Made by a program: the position numbers and the translations under genes. From NCBI GenBank assembly GCA_963676915.2, contig CAXXVK010000013.1:1-64000 (forward strand): a stretch of DNA of 64,000 nt. The letters are read 5' to 3'. The DNA comes from Myxococcota bacterium. GTDB taxonomy: Bacteria; Myxococcota_A; SURF-8; G963663525. Below, one piece after another: positions 1-7,874 of the stretch; within the stretch, counting starts at the first letter, position 1, and each line of letters opens with the position of its first letter. The notes below the pieces were generated by a model. It was not told the DNA's origin and did not search any database. It was given only the letters and a program-made list of their open reading frames with translations.

Positions 1-1
1 T

Positions 2-2845
2 ACCGTTCAAGAAGCCAAGCGGCTGTTCGGTTTTATCGGGTCGGGACGGGTACTGGCGATCATTGTTTGTGGTGCGGGAATCGGCGTGTTGGTCGGGTGG
101 ATCGGTACGACCAACTTGTTGTTCGTAATGGTTGGCCTCGTCTGTGCTCTGGGAGGTGTGGTGGCCTGGATTCACCATGCTTACATGCCCAAGCGGCGTT
201 CGGTGCGTCAACCCAAAATCTTGACGGATGACGTCGAGCGAGCCGGTAGATTCAGTCGGTCGCGTTACCTGATGGTGCTGGCGGCTTTGGTCGGTGTGAC
301 CTTCGTAACGTGTACCCTGGCTGATTACCAGTTCAAAATGATTGTTTCCAAGGCATTTCACGAAAACGATCTCGCGGCGTTTTTCGGGGTATTCTACGCC
401 GTAACCGGGCTGGTTTCTTTTGGGGTGCAACTGGCGATTACTCCGCGTTTGTTGACCCGGCTCGGTATTGTGGCGGGATTGTTGGTGATGCCTGCCATGT
501 TGCTGGGAGCCTCCGCTGCGCTTTTGCTGTGGCCTGTGGTCTGGATGGCGGCGCTTCTGAAATTCTCGGATAATGCCTTTCAATACTCTGTCAACGATTC
601 GGCTTTGCAGATCGCCTATTTTCCCATTCCCGAAGAAGTCCGCGAGCGGGTAAGGACGATTCTCGACGGCGCTATCAAGCCTCTTTCCTATGGGCTGGGA
701 GGATTGGCGCTTGTATGTATCGCGCATCATCTCGACGTACTGGATATCGGGTGGATTGTGTTGGGACTGATTGCGGTCTGGATCGTTTTGGTGCTGATTT
801 TGCGAAAAAAATACCTTGCCGCTTTGCTGGATACGCTCAAACAGCCAACCTCGACGGAATCCGCCGATTGGGAAGAAGACCTGCCGATGATGCGCAGAAC
901 GCTGCGGGAAATTCTCGTCACGGGCGGGGATCGGCAGATTCTTTTCGCTCTCGACAAACTGGGACCGCGTCCCGACCCGGATTTGCTGCCTCATCTGCTC
1001 GATTTGACCTGCAACGCCAATCCTCACATTCGTGCCGCTGCTGCGAATCATCTTGGGTATTACAGCGGACAGCCGCAGGCGTGTACGGTGGTGACGAAGT
1101 TGATCGAAGATGACAATCACCTGGTGCGGGGCTGGGCCTGTCGAGCGCTATGCCGGATGCCGGGGGGAATCGATCATGCGTTGAGCCTGCTTCCCAACGA
1201 CAACAGCCGGGTGCATGACATGGCTTTGCGTGGCATACGCCACCATGGCGATAAAGAAGAAATCGAGTTGGCCGACTGGTTTTTGGATCGAATGCTTGTT
1301 TCCGAGGATATCTCCGAGCGGGTGCGTTTGGCGCATATCATCGCGGATTTTCCTATGCCGGGCGACGAAAGCCGCGTTCATCGCCTGATTGGCGACAAAA
1401 ATGTGGAGGTTTGCCGCGCTGCGCTACTGGCCGCCTCGAAAATCGGGTCTACCACGTTTTTAGCGGCAGGGCTGGAGATGGTTCGCGAGCGGGAAACCGC
1501 AAGAGAAGCCAAGCGGTTATTGGCACGAATCGGAGTATCGGCGGTGACATCGATTCGGGAACTTCTCTATATGCCGGATTTTTCTTTGCGTCATAAGCGA
1601 CGATTGATCGATGTGCTGGTGATGATCGGTGGTCGGCAGTCCGTTAGCGTGCTCAAGGAACATCTGAACGAACCTTCCGAGCATTTGCGAAACCGTATCT
1701 GGAGAGCGCTGGCGAGACTTGGGCGTCATGGTGAACGGCTCAATTTTACTCAAGACCAGTTGGCCGCGATCCTGCGTGTGGAAATGGAACGTTATTTAGC
1801 CTATATGGACGAGCGCTTTCGAGCCTGGGAAGAATTGCACGATACGCTGTTGGACGAAGCCATCGAGCATCGTCTGAATCGTGCGGTGGTGCGATTGCTG
1901 AGAATTCTCGAAATCAAGTACAGCAATCCTTCCGTTTATGCCATCGGTAACAATCTGAATCATCCACGGCCCGAAATCGAAGCCAATGCCGCCGAAGCGT
2001 TGGAGCGGTTGCTTGTCCCGCCTGAAAATCAGTGGGTTCAGGTGTTATTGGCGTCGGAAAGCCCGAAACGAAGGCTGCGGGTTGCTCGGTCGCTCGGTTT
2101 CAAGGCGCGAGGTGCGGAAGATGCTATCGAGCGCCTGCTTAGTGCAAATTCCCGCTGGGTGAAGGTTTGTTGTCTGCACGCTTTGGGGCAGGCCCGGAAA
2201 ATTTCGAGAGAAGCGGACGTGCGCAAGCGTTTGGAGCATTCGTCGCCGATGGTGCGGGATGCGGCGCTGATCGCATTGGCGCGGATGGATCGTCTCGATG
2301 ACGAAATCTTGCGTCAAATGATGCAAGATCGGGACGAAGTGATTGCCTTGCGTGCGAAAGCCTTTTCGGAAAAAAGCGAGGATACGATGAATCTGGAAAG
2401 CCGCCTGGAACGGGTACTGTTTTTACGAAAAGTTCCTCTTTTGGAGCACGTTCCGGGAGACGACCTGTTGACCTTGGCTACGGTCGTCAAACCTGTGGTG
2501 CTGGAAAGCGGCCAGCGACTTGTCAACGCGGGCGATGCGTCCGAAGCGATGTGGATCGTCGTGGAAGGCGAGTTGGAGGTGTCGCTCGACGGCGTTGAAA
2601 TCAACCGCGTCGGTGCGGATGGCATGGTCGGCGAAATGTCCCTGCTCGACGGTACACCGCACACCTACGATTTGACTGCAGCGACCGATAGCGAATTGTT
2701 GCAGATTTCACGAGATGACTTTTTCGAAGTGCTTTCGGAAACTCCCCAGTTGATTCAGGCTATTTTCAGGACGCTCAACGACCGCTTACGACGGTCCGAA
2801 CGGCGCCTTGTCGAAGCGTTGGAAGGGAAAAAGAACGGAAAGTGA
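2..2845 (+). CDS. NTT/TLC-family (Npt1-like) MFS nucleotide transporter fused to HEAT repeats and a C-terminal cyclic-nucleotide-binding domain; 5' partial
   Basis: Frame open from base 2 (TVQEAKRLFGFIG, NTT-like); multiple TM segments with DYQFK, FFGVFY and YFPIPEEVRER motifs; HEAT-like helical repeats; C-terminal LRKVPLL...GEMSLLDG cNMP fold. Confidence 0.85.
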   Translation, partial: TVQEAKRLFGFIGSGRVLAIIVCGAGIGVLVGWIGTTNLLFVMVGLVCALGGVVAWIHHAYMPKRRSVRQPKILTDDVERAGRFSRSRYLMVLAALVGVTFVTCTLADYQFKMIVSKAFHENDLAAFFGVFYAVTGLVSFGVQLAITPRLLTRLGIVAGLLVMPAMLLGASAALLLWPVVWMAALLKFSDNAFQYSVNDSALQIAYFPIPEEVRERVRTILDGAIKPLSYGLGGLALVCIAHHLDVLDIGWIVLGLIAVWIVLVLILRKKYLAALLDTLKQPTSTESADWEEDLPMMRRTLREILVTGGDRQILFALDKLGPRPDPDLLPHLLDLTCNANPHIRAAAANHLGYYSGQPQACTVVTKLIEDDNHLVRGWACRALCRMPGGIDHALSLLPNDNSRVHDMALRGIRHHGDKEEIELADWFLDRMLVSEDISERVRLAHIIADFPMPGDESRVHRLIGDKNVEVCRAALLAASKIGSTTFLAAGLEMVRERETAREAKRLLARIGVSAVTSIRELLYMPDFSLRHKRRLIDVLVMIGGRQSVSVLKEHLNEPSEHLRNRIWRALARLGRHGERLNFTQDQLAAILRVEMERYLAYMDERFRAWEELHDTLLDEAIEHRLNRAVVRLLRILEIKYSNPSVYAIGNNLNHPRPEIEANAAEALERLLVPPENQWVQVLLASESPKRRLRVARSLGFKARGAEDAIERLLSANSRWVKVCCLHALGQARKISREADVRKRLEHSSPMVRDAALIALARMDRLDDEILRQMMQDRDEVIALRAKAFSEKSEDTMNLESRLERVLFLRKVPLLEHVPGDDLLTLATVVKPVVLESGQRLVNAGDASEAMWIVVEGELEVSLDGVEINRVGADGMVGEMSLLDGTPHTYDLTAATDSELLQISRDDFFEVLSETPQLIQAIFRTLNDRLRRSERRLVEALEGKKNGK

Positions 2846-3006
2846 GTTTTTTGCACGGTTTGTTTTTAAGAGAATCTTGCAAATGAAGGCTGGCATGGGT
2901 GTGGTAATCTTGCGCTAGGTGCCTCTTACCCACTGCAAAAGTTACCGTGTAGTTGGTTGTCAAGGGCACCCGGCGACTTTAAATCTAAAATCAAAAGGTT
3001 GTTGTA

Positions 3007-3447
3007 GTGAAATATAGGAAAACCACAATAATTTGTTTTTGTTTATTCTTGCTAATTAGTTGCTCATCAGAACGAATGGAAAATGAACCCGTTCAGACAA
3101 ATAAAGATGATTTATCAACTCAAGTACTTAAAAAAGAAATTTCAAAGAATGTGGAGGTTAAGAAAAAGTTAATTGTAAGAACTGGTTGTGTTAGTGGAAT
3201 AGAAGATGAACCGAAAAATGAAAATGATCATGCGAACATCGAAATTGCAAACGACATTGTTTTTTATATCAATAAATTATGGGATAAACTTGAGAGCCAT
3301 AAAATAAAAGTGGTTGAGGATGAATATGATAAAACTTGTGGCGTAACAATGATTAATGGTGACAAAAAGAAAAAAATAAATGGTGGCATTGGTACTGATG
3401 TCAATTTTTGGCTAGTCGTTAAAGATTTCTATGGAATAAAGAATTAG
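3007..3447 (+). CDS. Hypothetical lipoprotein, AT-rich
   Basis: 146-aa ORF; Lys-rich N-terminus, hydrophobic stretch and LISC lipobox; much lower GC than the flanks. Confidence 0.7.
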   Translation: MKYRKTTIICFCLFLLISCSSERMENEPVQTNKDDLSTQVLKKEISKNVEVKKKLIVRTGCVSGIEDEPKNENDHANIEIANDIVFYINKLWDKLESHKIKVVEDEYDKTCGVTMINGDKKKKINGGIGTDVNFWLVVKDFYGIKN

Positions 3448-3769
3448 TTAAATAGAGGTGAGTAGAGAAAATTCTATCCGACGTGATTTCTAGTTGATCG
3501 CGTAATAGCGGTCGACGAGTGGCCCCGACAAGCCTTGATCTTAAGGGTGGCATGGGCCGAGGGATGTGAAACGTCAGCTTACCCGTGGTTCAGCTATGTG
3601 CATGGGGCAAACCCATGACAGGCCATTATGAAATGATTGTAAAACCCAGATAAAGCCGACTATTTGAAATAAAAGTAGGAATTTTTCGCACATCATTGCC
3701 AGTCGGATCGTTTCGGCATAACGTACTTTCGTATCTGAATTTTCAAGAACGAACAGGAACGATTCGACC

Positions 3770-5746
3770 ATGCTTGCCTTTTTAGGCGCTGCACTGGCTC
3801 CGCCTGTGCTGGCCATTCTCGGAATTTATCTGCTGTTTTTAGGCGGACTCGCTGCCGTGGTGCTGTTGCAATCCACGCCGCTGGGAATGATCGGGGGATT
3901 GGTCGGCTTCCATACGATTCTTTTCGGGACTTTCTGGTGTATTCGAAGCTTTCGCCGTTGGCTGGCTGCGCGAAGGCTTGTGCTCCCTCTGCAAAGTTCT
4001 CTCGATCCAAAGCTGGCCCGCAATGCCGGAGCCAAGGGAGAAAATCTGTTGCGCATGGGAAATCTTGGGGTGCGACTTCCTCGGGGTGTGTTTTTGCCGT
4101 TCGATACGGTCGAGCGCATTCGGCGGGAAGGACCATCGGGGCAGACGCTACGTAGAGTTTGCGAAAACCTTGTGAAATCATTCGGAAAGCTTGAGGTCGA
4201 AACATTGGTGGTCCGTTCGTCGTTTGCTATGGAAGACGGCGAACGACTGTTTCCCGGTGTTTTCGATTCGAAGCGCGACGTTCCCGCCGATCAGCCTGAA
4301 ATGCTGAGAAACGCAATAAGTAGCGTGCTGGAATCCTTCGATGCCGGGCGAGTGCATCGGTATCGAGAGCGAGTCGAGGTCGTAAAAGAGTCGCCTGGAG
4401 GCGCTGTACTGATTCAAGAACAGATCCCGCATCGCTGGCATGGAACAGCCGCCTCCTGTCATCCGGTCGAAAAACGCCCGGATCGAATTCGAATCGAACT
4501 GGATCGCCCTGGAGAAAACGTGCAAGGCGTCGATTTTTCACGTCTTTCACGTCAGGTTGTACATCTTGAGACGATGCCGGAAGATATCACCGAATCTCTG
4601 TTGGAAACCATCGCCGAGACCGTAGAGCGTTGCGAGCGATTGCTGCAAGGGCCGGTGATTATCGAGTTCGGAATTGTAGACGAAGGGCCGGTATTTTATC
4701 AGTTACGGTCACAGCCCGCACAACCGAGAGAGGTTTGGGCCTCGTCCGGGCCGATATCATTGAATCCCGAAATATTGCCACCGCTTGCAATGGATCTTTG
4801 CTACGGGAAGGATTTTGCATTTTTGCGGGCACATCTGTGCCGGTCGTTCGGATGGGACGAACGCCGAGTCAACCTGCGTTTGGATACGAGGCGGGGGAGG
4901 GTGGTTTTCTGTCTGACGGACTACCTGCAAACGAGCTGGAATCCGCCACGTCGTCCGATTTTGCGTTTGGGAAATGGCTGGCTTGCTTATGATCTTCCCC
5001 CCGGATTCAAAGCGACAAGGAGTATTGTTCGACTACGTAAGCCGTTGATTCGACAAGCAAAACTTAAATCGCTGGCGGCGTGGCTCTCGTTTGCTGGAAA
5101 ATGGCTTGCCGGTTTGGAAAAACGCGCCACGTTCGATCCGTTGGTGCCATGGCATCGTTTCGCGAGTCGATGTTTCGGACGTTTTTCGAAAAGATGCTTT
5201 GAAAAGGTGGATCGCCTGCATATTTCTTTGGAAAAGGAGTTGGAACAGATTCTTCGTTCATTGGATGCCAACGAGGAAAACGGCAGAGTATTCATGACGT
5301 TGGAAGAAATTGCCGAAAACAAAACTATAGACGAGCAGGAGATCGCTCGACGAAAGGAAATCTTCGTTCAAGATCGAGATGCGGGGGCGGTGGAGGTTTG
5401 GCCTCCGTGGCCGGTTTCGAAAGAAAATCAAGGAGACGCTTTCGTGGTACTTCATGCCGGGTGTGTCACAGGCAAAGGGTACCATCCGCTATCCGGTGAG
5501 GATTTTCCCGAAGGTGCGCCTTGCATTCTGCTACTACCCGACGCTTCGTTACGCTGGCGGGACGTTCTTCCCCAATCGGTGGGAGTCGTGCTGGCAGGTG
5601 GCGGAATGTTGTCTCACCTGGCGTTGCAGATCGAAGAGATGAGGATTCCCGCCCTTGTTGGAGCGAGTGCAGAATCTTTGATGCTCTATCATGGGCAGGA
5701 GTTGGAACTCGATACCGAGCATCGAAAGCTGAGGGTACTCGTATGA
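3770..5746 (+). CDS. Membrane-anchored PEP-utilizing dikinase-like protein (PPDK/PEP synthase ATP-grasp domain plus C-terminal phospho-His swivel domain)
   Basis: N-terminal hydrophobic helices; GAKGENL, VRSS..EDG..FPG, LIQEQI, IEFG, YQLR; C-terminal GGMLSHLAL..EMRIPALVG. Confidence 0.8.
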   Translation: MLAFLGAALAPPVLAILGIYLLFLGGLAAVVLLQSTPLGMIGGLVGFHTILFGTFWCIRSFRRWLAARRLVLPLQSSLDPKLARNAGAKGENLLRMGNLGVRLPRGVFLPFDTVERIRREGPSGQTLRRVCENLVKSFGKLEVETLVVRSSFAMEDGERLFPGVFDSKRDVPADQPEMLRNAISSVLESFDAGRVHRYRERVEVVKESPGGAVLIQEQIPHRWHGTAASCHPVEKRPDRIRIELDRPGENVQGVDFSRLSRQVVHLETMPEDITESLLETIAETVERCERLLQGPVIIEFGIVDEGPVFYQLRSQPAQPREVWASSGPISLNPEILPPLAMDLCYGKDFAFLRAHLCRSFGWDERRVNLRLDTRRGRVVFCLTDYLQTSWNPPRRPILRLGNGWLAYDLPPGFKATRSIVRLRKPLIRQAKLKSLAAWLSFAGKWLAGLEKRATFDPLVPWHRFASRCFGRFSKRCFEKVDRLHISLEKELEQILRSLDANEENGRVFMTLEEIAENKTIDEQEIARRKEIFVQDRDAGAVEVWPPWPVSKENQGDAFVVLHAGCVTGKGYHPLSGEDFPEGAPCILLLPDASLRWRDVLPQSVGVVLAGGGMLSHLALQIEEMRIPALVGASAESLMLYHGQELELDTEHRKLRVLV

Positions 5747-7785
5747 CAATGCCCTCATGGATGTCTTTACTCGCCGATGACGCTACGTTGTTGATTCATC
5801 CTTTGCAGCAAGTATGGGCTGGTTTGCTGGTGTTTTCTCTGGTTATCGTCGGACTGGGTTTTCTTCGAGCGCGGGTCGCCCGCTGGGTTTCCTCTCCAAG
5901 TATTACATTAATAATCTCAGGCTGTTACGTTGTTGTCTGGTTGGGATTGTGGACGGATCTCAGCCTGAAACTGATCCACCTGAAAGGATTCGGAGGGGAG
6001 ACGGGATGGTGGATGCCTGCCGGTGTGATCGCAACGCAGTTTCTGTTTTCGTTGCTACCCATTGAGAAACGCAACAGGAAGTTTCAAGCGGGGTTGATCG
6101 CTACACTGGTTCTGGTTTCGACGCTGCAAGTTCTTTACGATACACAGTTATTCGATGGTTCGCTTTCTCCCAAGGAAATCACGTTTCTGGCCTGGGATGT
6201 CTTTTACAAATTGTCTCTTCCCGTGCTGAATCTTTCTCAAAGTTTTGCCGTTCCCGGTGTGGTCGATAGATGGCTTGATGTGGGTTGGTGGTTTTCTCAA
6301 CGTTTGGTGGAGATCTGGTTATTCGTAACGATTTTCATCAGTTTGGGAATCGGCTTCTGGCTATCGAGGCTTTTTGTCGAACCTTCGAAGAATGACCGTT
6401 CCGTACCTGTTTCAAAGAACGATCGTCTTTTTGCATCGGCGTTGCTCTTTTTGGTTGTCGGTGCGGTTGTAGCTTCGCAAGCCATTTTGCTTCAGGCTCG
6501 AAGTCGTTTCGAACCTATCCCTGTCGAAGAATCTGCCAGTGAGCACGTTTTGTCTCACGAAGCGCAACAGGTGTTGTCTCCTCTGGTGGAAGGATCTTCC
6601 TGCGCTGCCGAGAGAATTTCCATCGAACAACACCGAGCCGTTTTGGAATGGCGTATCGACGAGCAGACTTTTGTGATGACGATGGTGCACGAATCGTGGC
6701 GAAAAAGTGTGAAACATCGGGAGATTTTCGCAAGTGGCGGAGAGTCGTTGGCCGTTATTTCCAAAGGAAAAATTCCGGTGGGATGTCGGGACAGTATCCA
6801 CGATAACATTAAGAAATCTCTTGGAAAACTGGCATGGAAATCCCAAAAGAAACCTATGGAGATCGCACCGGGATTCGATAAGATCAGCATCGATTTGACG
6901 TTGTTACATCACCTGATCCATTTGGCGGCGGTGTTGGTGGCTCTTGTATTGATGTTGTCCTCGATAGTTGGGACAACCCAACGTATGGCGGTGTTGCTTG
7001 GGAGTATTTCTCTGGTGTTGGGTTGCATTTTTCTTTGGGTGAAAGGAATGAGCGCGGTTTCGGAGGTTTTGGTGCTTTTCGGTTTGTCTTGTGGCTTTTT
7101 GTGCGGCTTTTTGCTGCTGTTTCGCTGTTTGCCACGTTCGAAGGCGTATTGGCTCGGGTGTGCATTCGCTGCAGGAGCGATGTTGTCCAACGGTTTCGCT
7201 GTGGTGCTATGTTTGGCTGGAGGACTTGCCGAAGCCATGGGGCTTGGATCTTTGACGAAAAATGAGCCGCAAAAGGGGATTTTTACCAAGACGAATGGCT
7301 ACGGAATTTGGTTCTTCCTGTCGCTTGGGTGTCTGTTCGCCGTGATTTTAATGGGTGAAATTCTCGGTTCCATGGCTGTAGATTCGAAGGAAATTCCAGA
7401 ACATCCGGCAGGTTCTCTCACCAGGTTCGATCTGAACGTTTCTCCCGAATCGGAAAACATGCTCGGTGATTTGAGGACTGAAGCGAGGACGTATTGTCGA
7501 AAGCGCGGTAGCGTGCTGGCTTCGTCGACGGATTTACTTCATTCCCGCTTGAACGCACTTACGGGCGAAAATAGCTGGATCGCTGTGACGAACGATGTTT
7601 TACCCGGTGACTCCGTGATGATTTCGGGCGGTGGTGTAATCGGAACCCAGTGGTCCGATGCCGAATCCCGTGCTTTTCCCCGACGGTTCGTCATCCGTTC
7701 TTCAACGATTTGGAAAAACCTTGCTCCGGCTCCGGGCGTCGCGTTTTGCCGTCCGGATGATTCCAGAGACGAAAACCTTCGTTAA
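5743..7785 (+). CDS. Polytopic membrane protein, hypothetical
   Basis: ATG at 5743 overlaps the upstream TGA (ATGA), so it is preferred over the 5521 ORF start; more than 10 hydrophobic segments and two soluble domains. Confidence 0.7.
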   Translation: MTMPSWMSLLADDATLLIHPLQQVWAGLLVFSLVIVGLGFLRARVARWVSSPSITLIISGCYVVVWLGLWTDLSLKLIHLKGFGGETGWWMPAGVIATQFLFSLLPIEKRNRKFQAGLIATLVLVSTLQVLYDTQLFDGSLSPKEITFLAWDVFYKLSLPVLNLSQSFAVPGVVDRWLDVGWWFSQRLVEIWLFVTIFISLGIGFWLSRLFVEPSKNDRSVPVSKNDRLFASALLFLVVGAVVASQAILLQARSRFEPIPVEESASEHVLSHEAQQVLSPLVEGSSCAAERISIEQHRAVLEWRIDEQTFVMTMVHESWRKSVKHREIFASGGESLAVISKGKIPVGCRDSIHDNIKKSLGKLAWKSQKKPMEIAPGFDKISIDLTLLHHLIHLAAVLVALVLMLSSIVGTTQRMAVLLGSISLVLGCIFLWVKGMSAVSEVLVLFGLSCGFLCGFLLLFRCLPRSKAYWLGCAFAAGAMLSNGFAVVLCLAGGLAEAMGLGSLTKNEPQKGIFTKTNGYGIWFFLSLGCLFAVILMGEILGSMAVDSKEIPEHPAGSLTRFDLNVSPESENMLGDLRTEARTYCRKRGSVLASSTDLLHSRLNALTGENSWIAVTNDVLPGDSVMISGGGVIGTQWSDAESRAFPRRFVIRSSTIWKNLAPAPGVAFCRPDDSRDENLR

Positions 7786-7874
7786 CAGTAAGAAAACAGA
7801 CATACAAAGTTGCATCTTTGGTGCCTACCTGATATAATCACTATACTATATTCTGTTTAGACTTTGGAGGCACC

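Noticed and set aside
5521-5742. Extended N-terminus of the membrane protein as given in the ORF track
   Set aside because: Overlaps the conserved His domain of the upstream gene; the ATGA-coupled start at 5743 is more plausible
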